A DNA stretch of 64,000 nucleotides from Octopus vulgaris (taxonomy: Eukaryota). This document shows, one piece after another, positions 1 to 14,701 of the stretch. A program made the position numbers and the translations under genes. How positions within the stretch are numbered: the first letter of the stretch is position 1; every line of letters starts with the position of its first letter. The notes under the pieces were generated by a model. It saw only the letters and a program-made list of their open reading frames with translations. It was not told the origin of the DNA and ran no database searches. Location: contig OX597825.1 in assembly GCA_951406725.2 (NCBI GenBank), positions 71,610,001 through 71,674,000 of the forward strand. Direction: 5' to 3'.

Positions 1-182
1 TGCTGGAGCACCACCTTAATGGGTTTTTAGCCGAAGCAATTGACCGCAGGACTTATTCTTTTAAGCCTAGTAAGCACTATCTATCGGTCTATTTTGCAGA
101 ACTGCTGAGATACAGGGTGTAGACACACTGACATTGGTTGTCAAGAGATGGTGGGGGGGGGGACAAACACAGACACAAAGAT

Positions 183-245
<63 letters not shown>

Positions 246-2097
246 TACATATATGTATATGATAGGCTTCTTTCAGTTTCTGTCTACCAAATCCACTGAC
301 AAGGCTTTGGTCAGCACAAGGCTATAGAAGAAGACACTTTCCCAAGGTGCCACGCAATGGGATTGAACCCGGAACCATGTGGAGGAGAAGCAAGATTCTT
401 ACCACACAGCCATGCTTGTGGCTGTAATGGAAAACATTTGAAAAATTGAAGACATTATACTCAGTAACAATTCTCTTTTGTTTATATTCTTTGGTGAAGG
501 GTATTACAACTTCAGACTATGGTCAACTACCACAACAGAAGATGATATTGTTAAGATATATTGATGCAAAGATGTGAAAGGAATGTGTGTATACATGCGC
601 AATGCAGTAGGTTTTTTTTTATAAATTACAAAATTTGATCTGGATACATAATATTAGAATTGGTAAGAAGGGTGCTTTTTACATGCCAGTCACAATGTCA
701 GTGTTGTGTGGCTGGCATGTAAAACGCACCCTTTGAACATTGGGTGACATGCTTGAGAAGACCTGTTAAGCCAAATGAAATCGTAGTTGTGGCTGATGCC
801 AGTGCTATGTGACTGGCACCTGTGCCAGTGGCACATAAAAAGCACCATTCAAATGTTGGGCCTCATGTAGGCAGTGACAGGTGACTGAGACCTTTGGCAA
901 TATACTGTGCTTGAGATGACCTGTCAAGCCAAGTGAGATCATAATTGAGGCCAATGCCGGTGACACATAACTGGCACCCATGGTTGTAGCATGTAAAAGG
1001 CACTCACTAGACTCTTGGATTGGTTGGCATTAGGAAGGGCATCCAGCCATAGAAACCATACCAAACCAGTCTGGAACTTGGTGCAGCTCCCCAGCTTATC
1101 AGTTCTCAGTCAAACCATCCAACCCATGCCAGCATGGAAAGCAGAAGTTAAATGATGACGTTATCAAAAGAGATAGGTAACTGAAGCCATTAAGTAGCAA
1201 AACATTAAGTAGCCCCCAAAAAAAAAAATTTGAAATAGAAACCATGTTCCCATATGCTGAAAAGACTAATTAATAACAAATGAAACAGCAATTACAGGAG
1301 TTTGTATAAATCAAATGCACATATACATGCACACACGTACACACACAAGAATGTATGTGTGTATGCATGTATGTATGTCATAGAAAGGCTTTGAAACAGT
1401 GTCCTTGAGGAAAATGAATTTGATTTTTGAAATCTGCATCCCAAGAAGGTTTTCACTTATTATTAATCAAAAAATATGATTTCCTACAAAAAATAACTCA
1501 ACTTTTAGATTGCCAAATCTACCTGGCTTTCTCTTTCTTTTACACTTTTCCCCTCTCTCTATATATTTGCCAGATTCTATGTTACTCTTTGTCTATATAA
1601 GTATCTCTCTTGCATGCTGCTCTATCTCTCTCTCTCTCTTACATGCTGCTCTATCTCTCTCTTGATATGACATTTAATGCAATATCAAGAGCTTAATGAA
1701 TAATCATTAAAACTTAATAAAACTTCTTACAACTTTCATCATTGTTATGTTTTGCTCTCATTTTGTATAAAACTGTGTTGTCATAATGTTTTTGCTTTTG
1801 TTTTGTGATAGACAACTATCACGCAGAAAATGCTAGCTTCCAATTCCTGTTTTCTGATTGGGTAATAATGATGATATTTTAAACTTCTGTAATATTTTTC
1901 TGAAGATTTTCTAGAATAAATGAATCACAAAATCAGATTCAGCATGAAAAAATTATATCAATATATCAAATTTGAAAATTTTCACTTAATCTTAAAATTT
2001 CAAAAACTGTAACAGCAGAAAAGACCCCTCTCTCTATCTACCTGTCTGTCTGTCTTTTATGCTTTTCTCATTGGTAACTTTCCCCCTCTATCTATAT

Positions 2098-3392
2098 ATT
2101 AGGTTGTCAAGTATGAAATTTATAGAAAAGAAAAAATTGTTTGCTAATGTTTTATAAATACAAGGAATAGTTTTATTCATCAAAGTATACACCCCTATTG
2201 TCAATACACTTTTGCCATTTCAACAGTAGCTTGTACAGCCCAGAACTGTAAAAGCCTGGCAATCTAGAGTCAGTAAAATCTTTGAAGGCCTGTTTTACAG
2301 CTTTGTCAGAATTAAACTTTTTTCTTATCAAAAAGTTATCCAAATTCTGGAAGAAGTGGTAGTCAGTGGGGACAAGATCAGGTGAGTATGGCAGATGATG
2401 AAGAACTTCCAACTCCAACTCCTATAGTTTCACCAATGTCATTTTTGCAATGTGTGGTCTGGCATTGTCTTGCAATAAAATAGGAGTGGATCTGCTGACT
2501 AATCTAGGCTGTTTTTTTTTTTTTTTGTAAGTTTCTGCATCATTTGGTCCAGTTGGCTGGAGTAAACTTGGGCTGTGATTGATGAGCCAGGCTTAATGAA
2601 ATCATAAAGGATCACACCTGTGCCAGACCACCAAACACATGCCATCAGCTTCTTTTGATGAATTTTGCTTTTTGGACTGTGATTTGGTGGTTCCTCTTTG
2701 TCCAACCATTGTGCTGAATGCTTACGGTTGTTGTATTGGATCCATTTCTCATCACGTTACAATTTGATTAAAAAATGATTCATTTTTGTGACAAGAATGT
2801 AGCTTAATGAAGGCTTTCAGACATTGCTGTTTCTGATTTTCATGGAATTCATGTGGAACCTACTTATCCAACTTATTCACTTTACCAATTTGAACTAGGT
2901 GAGTCAATACTGTTTGCTTGCTAACACCAAACAACAACAATAATTCATGGGCACTTTAAGATGGACCTGGCTTGACGGTGGCTTTCAGTTCGTCATTATC
3001 CACCTTTGTTTCTGATCAACCATGTTGCTCATTTGTAAGGTCAAAGTTACCAGAACAAAATTTTGCAAACCAATTTGATACTGTCTGCTATGTAATAACA
3101 TTAGAATGAAATACTCCATTAATATTCTGAGGTGTCTGTGATGCTGTATTTCCAAGAAAGAACTTATATTTCAAAACTGTACGAATTTCTGACTTACCCA
3201 TCTCTAAGCAAAAATAGCCAAAAACGATTTATAAATACTTTATAAAGTGCAAAATGAGTTAGAATAAAGAAATAGATATATCAGCTTTCTAACAAAAAAT
3301 AAAGATTGTCAAAATATAATAGTGGCGCAAAATGAGCAGTTGTCAAAGTTTACCATATACCTTACTACAAATTTCATACTTGAGAACCTAAT
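2098..3392 (-). mobile_element. Full-length (~1.3 kb) decayed mariner transposon
   Basis: TIRs attaggttgtcaagtatgaaatt / aatttcatacttgagaacctaat in TA context. Transposase fragments KIHQKKLMACVWW and LPYSPDLVPTDYHFF (YSPDLAPxD motif), with frameshifts and stops. Confidence 0.92.
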
Positions 3393-3626
3393 ATATATGC
3401 CACACTATCTCTCACTCTTTCTATGCGTGTGTATGTCACTCACAAAAAATTTCATGAGGCCAACAGAGTTGAAAGATGCTCCAAAAGTATCAGCAGCAAG
3501 CTGAGAAAAACTTTATATCTATGCACCAAATGGGGAAAAAAAAACATCAAGACATTGCCCCAATTAATGCAGAAATCCATCCTGATCAAGAGGCCTATCT
3601 GTCAGAGAAGACATGGTCTTAAAAGG

Positions 3627-3667
<41 letters not shown>

Positions 3668-3994
3668 GCGGACTCGCGGTCATAGGATTGTGGTTTTGAT
3701 TCCCAGACCAGGTGTTGTGCGTGTTTATTGAGCGAAAACACCTAAAAGCTCCACGAGGCTCCGGCAGGGGGGGGGGGGGTGATCCCTGCTGTACTCTTTC
3801 ACCACTCTTTCTGTTACTCTTTCTTCTGTTGGCCTGCTCGCTTAGCCAGCAGCGTGGCATCATTCGAAGACTAAAACAATGCAAACGCATTGTGACCAGC
3901 GATGTGTAGCAACTTTTGATGGTCTGGTCGGTCATGTGATCACGTGATATATATATATTAAATGATATACTGACTGCTACAGTTGCATGCATAT

Positions 3995-4034
<40 letters not shown>

Positions 4035-5468
4035 TCTTGGTTGTGTGGCTACTTGAAGAAGAAAAAATACATACATTAATACACACACACATTTTTATAG
4101 CCTATTTTACCACAAATGTTTTATTACATCTCCTTTTAAAACTGAACGACATAATATAGTGCCTATAACTTTGTAGTAAATTATTACAGCAAAAAATGTA
4201 CTCTTTCAGTTTGACCAAAATATTTGCTCCACTAACCACTGTTAATACCTCTTACTCTAGCCATTATTCTTACCCTCACTCACCCTTTCCTGTTAGGAGT
4301 AATGTGATAAAAACCCTCATCCTTTTACTTGCGTTCATTTTACTTCTCTTTCTGCCATTCACTCACTCAATCATTTACTCTCCTATTTCAACATTATCTC
4401 TTCTCATTAGTGTGACTGTGGACAAACTTGCAGATCTATTATAAGTGAATAAGGCAGAAGAGTGATTGCATCAATAGAACAAGTTGGAAGATTTCAACAC
4501 AGTGAACTTCACTACTAAGAGTTTCTTGCTGGTTTTTAGACTTTTCAGTAATATATTTTCTCTGAGGATAAATGATAATGTATTTACATACATATATGTC
4601 TAAACACACTGACAAGCTCATAACACACAGGCTCCTATGCAGAGAAGAAAAGAAGAAAAATAAAACAGCATACTGGTTAAACAAAGAAAAATTGACATTT
4701 CCTGGTAGCAATCAATTCGCACAAACACGAAACATTTCACCAGAGAGAGACAGCCGAACTACTGCTGGTGAAAGAAGAACAAGAAGGAGGAGGAGGAGGA
4801 GGAAGGAAAGCAGAAAGAGGTGACAAAAAAGAAAGCAAAGGAGAAGAGGAAGACGATGAGAAGAGACACACAGAACAACCAAACTAGAAAGTTTGTCCTT
4901 CAACAGAAAAATCTCCTAAATCATCTGTTGTTGGTGTGAAAGATTAAGTTTAACATTTCATTTTTATCATTTCAATTGAGACCAACTTTCTTCGCCACCC
5001 CACCCCCCACCTCTCTCTCCCCCTCTCTCATTCACTGTAAGATGAACAACATATACAGAAATAGCCTAATTCCATATTTCATCGGATCAAATTCCTGAAT
5101 TATCAGGAAAGTAGCATGGAGACTAAACTGCGCTGTGCTGAAAACATTAATTAAGAAACTAACTCAGCAACATTGTTTTACAAAATAAATGTCATGATGT
5201 AGTTAATCATCATCATCATCATCATTTTAATGTCCACATTTCCATGCTTACATGGGTTGGACACAGAATTTATTGAGGTGGATTTTCTACAGCTGGATAT
5301 CCTTCCTGACACCAACTCTCACCTGTTTCCAAGTAAAGGTAATATACCTCCATGATCAGATGTGCTTTTATAAAAGATTCGAAACATAGAACACCACCAC
5401 CTGACAGTGACACTCATTTGAAGAAAAGCAACAGTAACATACACACACACATATATATATATATATAT

Positions 5469-5735
5469 CACTTGATCACTTTGACCGACCAGTCCGTCAG
5501 GCGTCCATTTGACACCGCTGGTCACAGCACGCTGTCCACTCCTCTCTGGATCGCGCCTTTCTCATCCACGTGATCCCAATCATCCTCTTGAAATCGTCAC
5601 TCCACCGTCGTGGAGATCTTCTGGGTGGTCTTTTCCGCTCACGTGGGTACCAAGTATAGATGGGCTGGACACGTCGCCCGGCTCACCGATAATCGGTGGA
5701 CGCACGCAGTTGTCGAGTGGTACCCGAGTGGTACC
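5469..5735 (-). mobile_element. 5'-truncated RTE-clade LINE 3' end
   Basis: Minus-strand translation WYPRERKRPPRRSPRRWSDDFKRMIGITWMRKARSREEW (RTE C-terminal motif); tail gtgatcaagtga; embedded in (TA)n. Confidence 0.75.
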
Positions 5736-6041
5736 TATATATATATATATAAATAGCAGTGACAATGCTGTCTTCCACATAAATTCCTTAAATGGAGCTC
5801 TGAAACCCCCTTTTACCCCATTTCTATAATTAGAAAATCTTTATTGTTTCCTTCCACTTATTCTTCCCTCTCAGAACCTTACAGTGGCCTGGAACAACCA
5901 AATCTTAGTCAGTCAGTTGATGGGCTCCACTACCTCAAATGTTCTTAAAATTTAAATCCACATCTTTGTCTATATATCTACCTTCTCTATAATGTTGCCA
6001 CTTGATATGAAAATTTTTGTATTAATGGAAAACCTCTATAA

Positions 6042-6127
6042 TTGGCTGATGAGTACTCAGCATTTTAAATCTGTTGTAATACTTACAACATTTAATAAAA
6101 TGATGTAGTATGAAACGATCGTACCAA
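6042..6127 (+). ncRNA. Type I hammerhead ribozyme motif (Penelope-like element type)
   Basis: ttgg-CTGATGA-gtact...agtat-GAAA-cgatcGTA-ccaa: intact core, stem I ttgg/ccaa, long stem II with catttta/taaaatg and tgttgtaa/ttacaaca, palindromic minimal stem III. Confidence 0.75.
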
Positions 6128-7418
6128 ATTACCAATGTTATTCTTGTTGCTTATTTTGATTATATATATATATACACATTCTCTTCTCTAAGAATCACCT
6201 TGTTACCACACTTATAGAGCCATCTTACAAATGTAAGCACTGGCAGAAACATACCGTTAGCTCATATAAGTGATTTTACCAGTCTTTATAGTTTAAACAG
6301 TTAGTTTAACTTGCACTTTACTTCAATAGAGAAATCTACTTCCAAGCCTTTGAACATTTTTTCAACCAATATATCCCTCTTTATTTGTTCTCTACTTATT
6401 ATTTCTTTACCCCTTCTCTTTCTAGTATCTGCTTTTGATGTTGAATCTACTAACGGTTTTTTTTAAATACTTAATAACATTCTGTTTATCATTTATGCAG
6501 TCATCAAAATTGTTATAATGTCTTGTTGTTGAAATAGGCTCTCTTTCTTTCCTGATGAGAAGGTTGCATTTTACACCATTTATTCCTTTGGAATAAAACC
6601 AATGTTGTCTTCGAAACATATGTCGAAAGTAAAAGAATTTGAATAGCATCTGTGTTCAACTTCATTTATTTACTTATATATATATATATATAGCATATCT
6701 TGTGAGTACATTTAGATGTACAATTGTTAGGGTTGAGTTTATCATCATCCAGTCAGCTTCAAGTATAGTGTTTAGATTACTACTATACTCAGTGATTAGA
6801 GCGTCGAGCTTACGATCATGAGGTAGTGAGTTCAAATCCCAGACCGGACTGCATGTTGTGTTCTTGAGCAAGACACTTTATTTCACGTTGCTCCAGTTCA
6901 CTCAGCTGTAGAAATGAGTTGCAACATCACAGGTGGCAAGCTGTATCGGTCGTTGCCTTTCTCTTGGATAACACTGGTGGCGTGGAGATGGGAGGCAGGT
7001 ATGCATGGGCAACTGCTGGTCTTCCATAAACAACCTTGCCCGGACTTGTGCCTGCGAGGGTAACTTTCTAGGTGCAATCCCACGGTCAGTCATGACTAAA
7101 GGGCATCTCAGCAGCATACTTAGTAGTATACACATAGCAAATACATGTATATACATGTATATGCAATTGATTCCTAAATACATACAACATCATACATGGT
7201 TGACTGTGCAATATTGAAGTACAAGAGTTTAATGTGACATTAATGTCTCATATGGGACGCCATTATGTGCTAGGCCTTTAAAGTATATCATAAATTATAT
7301 ATGATTTATGTGGTATCCTTGAGTCACTGAGTGTACTATTGCTTTCAAAACACCCAGTCGCTCTAAGATGCAACATGTCCAAGCCCTGCATCTATAGAAA
7401 TATGTCAAACTAATATAC

Positions 7419-7477
<59 letters not shown>

Positions 7478-10400
7478 GAGAGAGAGAGAGAGACAGAGAC
7501 AGAGAGAGATAAGCGTGGATAAGATGTTCTAAATAATCAGTATCTGGAAAAAGTGGGTGTTGTACCTGTGTGTGTATGTGTACAGTATTATATCATGGGG
7601 ATGTACTTGCATAGCAAGTAACCTGATCTGAGATTGTGTGCTGGAACAAAAACAATTGCAGCGTGGAAGGTGTTTATAAGCCATTTAAGAAACACACAAA
7701 AACCGTTAGATTCACTGCAACATTAAATTTAAATTGCCAAAATTCCATGCTATATAAAATACACGTAGTGGAGTGCATATTTATTATAATAAAGTTACAA
7801 ATTAACTTTAATTATCATAATAATAACCAGAACGTTACCCATTTTATGATGGGTAAGTTTGAAATATACTTTTGCTACCATAGGTAAACTGTCACTATTA
7901 ATATCAAATATTGCACACACATACATATCTGGCTATCTAAACCCACTGCTTCTTTATCTTCCCCTACCAATGGTTTGACATGTTTTTCCTTCTACTTTGT
8001 TATATACACAACACATCATATGCTATTATGATCAAAAAGAACAATAGAAACATGACCATCACCATCACTACTACTGGTATAAAGAATAAACAAATATACC
8101 ATTAGACAGGAACTGAATAAAAAACAATATTACAGCCTTAAAATAACAACAAAGTGTTTTCAAGAAAATGATACCTGAAGCAAGACAGTCAATATAAATT
8201 ACTACCCTGGTGGAGGAAATACAAAATATCTTATTGTCTACAAAGATGGTTTCTCTGATAAAGGAAATATAAAGTGTTTTATCAATAGTAAAAGAAGATT
8301 CAGCCATATTTAACCCAGTGCATTGCTTAATAAAACTTAACAACAACGTTGGCTGGGTCATGCCCTGCGTCGTCAACTAGGAGAATTCATCTACAAAGCA
8401 ATTGCCCCAGCTCCTCTTCAGGGTTGGCGAAAGCAATGTGGTGGACAATGAAAAACCTGGCTGATGACAGTCAAGGCTGATCTGGAACCCAACCTAAACC
8501 CCCATGTCTAGGTATTTCATCTGTCTTTTTGTTCTGAGTTCAAATACTACTGAGGTCGACTTTGCCTTTCATCCTTTTGGGGTTGATTAAATAAGTACCA
8601 GTTACGCACTGGGGTCGATATAACCGACAATCCGTTTGTCTGTCCTTGTTTGTCCTCTCTGTGTTTAGCCCCTTGTGGGTAGTAAAGAAATAGGTATTTC
8701 ATCTGTCTTTTTGTTCTGAGCTCAAATGCTACTGAGGTCGACTTTGTCTTTCATCCTTCAGGGGTCAATAGAAATAAGTATCAGTTGAGCACTGGGGTTG
8801 ATGTAATCAACTAATCTCCTCTCCCATAATTGCTGGTGTTGGGCCAATATTTGAAACCAAGGTGGCGATCTGGCAGAATTGTTACTGTGCCAGGCAAAAC
8901 GCCACTAGGCATTTTGTCTGGTTTTTTTTTTTACATTCTGAGTTCAAATTCTGCTGAGGTCAACTTTACCTTTCATTCTTGGGGTTGATAAATAAGTACC
9001 GGTTGAATACTAGAGTCAAATGTAAGCAACTAGCCCCCTCTCTTGAAATCGCTGGTCTTGTGCCAAAAGTCAAAACCAATATAACTTATTGCTTTGAAAT
9101 CTATTGAACAACTGAACTGCTATGAAACTTGCTGAATACTTTAAATTTCATAAAGTGCTTTCCTTTTTTTTTTTTAGTAAGCTTTATTATTACAGAAGTT
9201 TTTTCCTGTGCATTCATTTACTTTAAAACTTTTATCTTCCTTTTTATTTGCCACTGTAAAACAAAACAAACAAAAGAAAATTGCAGGAACCAGTATAGAA
9301 TTTTGATAAATTTGTAAAAGTCTTAAATAAAAAAAAAAACCAACTAGAATTTGATTTAAAACTCAAATGCATTTCCAACTCCAAAACCAATTCTCCTATA
9401 TTCCTACTTGTGTGGAAGTAAACCTTTTGCCTTTCTCTTTCTCTCTCACACACTCACGCACACTCTTTTATAAGAACAGTGAATTTCAAAGCAAATAAAG
9501 CTATAAATAAAAACGTGAATATTGGTTTAAAATCCTTTGAATAGAAAAAGATGAAGGATTTTTGGTATTTGTTGTTCAGTTTTACAGCATGATCTAGATA
9601 GTATTTTGTGATAATGTAATTTATCAGAACAAATAGTCATCAGAAAAGCATGTAAAATTCAATGGCGACACAGTTAGGTTGTTATCTCTGCAGCCAACAC
9701 AGTTCAAGATGTAATCTTGCAGAGTCAACTCTTGGGTGTTCAAAATGGCTCAGGAATAAAATCAGCAGGAAGAAACCACATATTACACACACACACACAT
9801 ACACACAAAACCATACAGCGCAATTTCCAGGAGATGTCGTCTCTGCTCCGAGGAATCCCTGTCTATTCTGTGGACTAATACTCTTTAGTCTCTTATTACT
9901 TGTTCCAGTCATTTGACTGCGGCCACGCTGGAGCACTACCTTTATAAAACATACACACAGGCGAAATACCTATTTCTTTACTACCCACAAGGGGCTAAAC
10001 ACAGAGAGGACAAGCAAGGACAGACAAACAGATTAAGTCGATTATATCAACCCCAGTGCGTAACTGGTACTTATTTAATCGACCCCGAAAGGATGAAAGG
10101 CAAAGTCGACCTCGGTGGAATTTGAACTCAGAATGTAGCGGCAGATGAAATACCTATTTCTTTACTAACCACAAGGAGCTAAACACAGAGAGGACAAACA
10201 AGGACAAACGGATTAAGCCGATTACATCGACCCCAGTGTGTAACTGGTACTTAATTTATCGACACCAAGAGGAATTTGAACTCAAGAACGTAGCGGCAGA
10301 CGAAATACCGCTAAGCATTTTGCCCGGCATGCTAACGATTCAGCCAGCTCGCTAGATATTAATAGAATTTCTGAAAGACTATTGAGATGCCTACACATAT

Positions 10401-11231
10401 ATAAATGTACTTTTGCACAATGCTGTGAGAATAAATTTTGAGTGACCGTTAACTTAGTATAATTTTATTTTATTTTATTTTAAGGTATGGATGACTTAAA
10501 TTTACTTCAAACCTTCCCATTCTTCTAAACACCTACTAAATATCTAACTCGCTTTGTAATTATGAGTGTGCCTAACCTCCCATGTGCATATACTCTTTAC
10601 TCTTTTTACTTTTTTACTTGTTTCAGCCATTTGACTGCGGCCATGCTGGAGCACTGCCTTTAGTCGAGCAAACCGACCCCGGGACTTATTCTTTCTAAGC
10701 CCACTACTTATTCTATCGGTCTCTTTTGCCGAACCGCTAGTGACGGGGACATAAACACACCAGCATCGGTTGTCAAGTAATGCTAGGGGAACAAACACAC
10801 ACACACGCATACATATATACGACAGGCTTCTTTCAGTTTCCGTCTACCAAATCCACTCACAAGACATTGGTCGGCCCAGGGCTATAGCAGAAGACACTTG
10901 CCCAAGATGCCACACACTGGGACTGAACCCGGAACCATGTGGTTGGTAAGCAAGCTACTTACCACACAGCCACTCCTATGCCTATGCTCACATTTTTGCT
11001 AATGCTCGCATGAGCGTGTGTACTAGTGCCATGCTGCTTGCCCGAGTGCGTTTATACATCCATGTCAGTCAATGATTATTTTCAATACTTTACTCGCTGG
11101 ATTAAGTGCGCATATGTCTGTGCATGTTTATCTTTGACTCTCACAGCTCGACAGTTTGGATTGGTTTCTTTATATCCTCTTAACTTAGCCATCTGGCAAA
11201 CAGAGACTAATAGAGTAATTACCAGCTTTAA

Positions 11232-11452
11232 CCCTTTAATGTTCACATTATTCTGCCCAAATTAGTCCTTTTTTATCCACATTGCCTTGAACTAATCAGG
11301 CATTATCTTGGTGCTATGAGATTTTGATGAGGTAGCTGTTCATTTTTAAAACGATATGGTAGGGCTGGTATGAGAGACCAGATCTGGCCAGTTTGAGCAT
11401 AAAATAGGCAGAATACTTTTGGCTTGATATGGCCGGGTTAAATGCTAAAGGG
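11232..11452. mobile_element. piggyBac-like MITE
   Basis: TTAA|CCCTTTA...TAAAGGG|TTAA; homologous copy at 39853-40028. Confidence 0.8.
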
Positions 11453-14114
11453 TTAAAATAGATACTGGAGTCAATTTATTTGATTAAACCCTCCAAGGCA
11501 GTGAGTACTCCAGCATGGCTGCAATCAAATGATTGAAACAAGCAAGAGAATAAAAGAATAATACTCATACAAAAAAAAAAAACACAAGAAAAGCCATTGA
11601 AAATACGCATAAATAAAAAGCAGTGATCAATAACAGACTCGTTAACAAATTTAAAAAGTAGTATCAAATCTACTTCACCATCACTACTGCCACTACCACC
11701 AACCTGTGCATATTTAACAAGGATTTTTACAGTAGGGAACAGATGGCGTCAGAAACATACTATTAAAAAGTAAATGATGCAACCAAATGTTACTGCATTT
11801 CAATTTGTTGTTGTTTTTATTATCAGAGTCTCATAGCTTGTGGATGGATTATTTTCATATTTGTCTAAGACAGCTGTCAGTTGAAGCTTCTCTTGTTAAT
11901 CCTATGTAGATTGTGCAATTGCTCAGAGCACCCAACTGCAAATAGATACTATCAAGAAATGGAGGTTAAAAGAACATGCTGTTCTTTTTCTCTTCGTGGG
12001 GTATCTTATAATAATTCTGCTTGTCACTGTGTTACTTAGCCCGTCCGTAACACTTTCACGTGATTAGAGGAAAAGTGGGAGAAAGAAAAGAGGGAGAGAG
12101 AAGCACCCATGACATGAGGTAGAGGGAATGTAACTGGAACACTTTCACATGATTAGCTGAAGGGAAAGAAAGGAGAAATAAAAAGGAGAGAAAAAGAAGA
12201 TAAGGCGAAGAGTGAAACAGAGAGAGGGAGAGAGAGGAGGAAGTGAGAGGAGGGAGAAAGAGAGTTGATGACGGTGATGGTAATCAGATACTAAAAAGTG
12301 TATTATTCTTTTTAATTGAACGAAGCATTTTTATATCAACTATCACTTAATGCATGTGCATAAGTGCAATTCTGTGAAATATTCACACTTATTTACCTGA
12401 CAGATATATGCAATTTAACTAAAGGTTGTATCATATGTATAGGATATTTTTTTTTGTTTATGGGGAAAATGGAAAAATAAGACTGAATATTTATTTTATG
12501 AGTGCAGAGTATTAAGTTAATAAAATTGTGCCATAAAGTATATAAAGTGTATATATATATATGTGCATTAAGTAATCATCACATTCCAATTTCTTTCACT
12601 TTTCAATGAATAGCAGATAAGCAACTCTCTTCCCAAACAGACACAACACAGGCTACGCTTTCAGGTTTTTTGGATAAAGTTTTCAAAAGAAACTCTGCCA
12701 AATCAGATTGGAGCCCGGTGCAGCCATCTGGCTTGCCAGTTCTCAGTCAAACCATCCAACCCATGCCAGCATGGAAAGCAGACGTTAAACGATGATGATG
12801 ATGATGATGAACCCAGTAGGTTTACCATTAATTCCGTGAAATATTCATAGGTGCCGCTAGTACTTAATTAATGGGCATCAATGATCATGAACCTCATCCG
12901 TGGCAAATTTACAGTTTCTCTAGCAATCTTCTTAATGGGATCAAATCAAAACAAAGTCATTCTTCTCTACAAAACTTGCCCTCAAGACACAGGTACTACT
13001 TAAAACTTAAACCAGTGGTTCCCAAGCAATAGTGTGGTTGCTTGAGTTGCTAGAAGCAGCAGCTAAATCACCCTCAAATCACAGCCTACCACCTTAGAAT
13101 GGGAAGTATACATAAAAATAATGTGGTTCTGAATAAAAGGCGAGAATGTTTCACAGTTAGAATATTTTTGATCAGAGATGAACTAAACCACCACCACCAC
13201 AACAATGACAACAACCATCACACTGACCACTAATATGGCCACCATGCTATCTGTTAACCTAGATGTAGGTGACCCTACTGAAAAACCAACATCCTTTTAA
13301 CACAACTTGTACATCTCTGACAGTTCATTTTGAAAACCAGGTTGAAGCAGAAAAAAAGAAAAAATGTTTGTACAGAGTTACAAGAACAATTTAATGAAAA
13401 GTAGCACAATTTTTTTAAAAATAAAGACTGATTTAGAAAGTAGCCCCAAATTTTCATGTTGCTAATAAATTAAACACACACACACACACACACATTCATT
13501 TTATTTTTAGTTGTTTTTCAGTCGTTAAAATGGGAATATGCTAATTTATTTTCATGTAAAGATTAGCTGGTAAAAGTGACACCAGGACTTAATTAATGTC
13601 TGGTACTGATTTAATTTATGTCTGGTGCTATCCGTATTGACCTCTAATTATCACACTGAACTGCTAAATGGTAGGGATGCAAACCAACAGTAAAAGAAAC
13701 AGAAAGACTCACATACATGTATACACTCACTCACTCACACACACACACACACACACACGAAGAGCTTCTATATAGTTTCACAAGGCATCGGTCAGCCTAG
13801 AGCAATAGGAAAACACATTTGCCCCAAGTGCTGTGCATTAGGATTGAACCTGAAACTTGGTTGTTGTGAATATCCAAAATGTATGAATTCCAGGTTTTAT
13901 CAGAGTGTACAATAATTCCCTTTGGCAATTTCAGTTTGTATAGTAGGTCCTTTAGATTGTTTTTTGGTAGGTGTTATTCCTCAGAGGGTGTCCTTTGTAT
14001 TGTAGTTTTTAAAATAACTAATATGCAAGATTATTAAATTATTGAACATTTTCTTCTTCCTGCTTTTTACTTACACTTTCTTTCTCTCTATTCCCTTTTG
14101 TTTATCTTTGCTTT

Positions 14115-14190
14115 CTTCATTCTGATGATGTATATCAATTGTAACGAGATGTATTTACCCCAGCGTGATATATGGAAACAGCTGTAAACT
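14115..14190 (+). ncRNA. Degenerate hammerhead ribozyme motif
   Basis: CTGATGA-tgtatatca...tgatatatg-GAAA-cagctGTA; stem I poorly paired. Confidence 0.45.
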
Positions 14191-14432
14191 TACTCTATTA
14201 TACTCCCAGCTTACTTAATTAAATAATGGCTTTATAACACCAAAGATCCACGTCTCATTGTTATTTATTTCTCCATTTTCTTATCGCCTATATATACATT
14301 AAACTACGGTTTACCTTTAAATTACCCACTACCATATACCTTATAACAAAGATTATACACACTGAGGCAATTACCATACCAGGAGTGCCTCTGGATACAT
14401 CTATCCCTTAGATAGTTTTTATGCATCTAACT

Positions 14433-14470
<38 letters not shown>

Positions 14471-14473
14471 TTT

Positions 14474-14536
14474 ATAATTAGGGTTCAGCAAAGATTTGCT
14501 TTACCACCTACCAAATCTTTGCTGAACCCTAATTAT
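14474..14536. repeat. 25-bp perfect inverted repeat with 13-nt loop
   Basis: ataattagggttcagcaaagatttg / caaatctttgctgaaccctaattat. Confidence 0.85.
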
Positions 14537-14645
14537 TAAGTATTACTTAAGTTTACCATGAAATGGTCCTTTTTTCATGCCAAATTCTACTTGGTGAAAT
14601 TATTGATTACTTAATTAATTAATTAATTTTACCATTTGTTATTAT

Positions 14646-14701
<56 letters not shown>

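Noticed and set aside
4505-4562. Possible GOLIM4 exon (RKYITEKSKNQQETLSSE, minus strand)
   Set aside because: Weak similarity, poor donor site, and phase not matching the expected exon.
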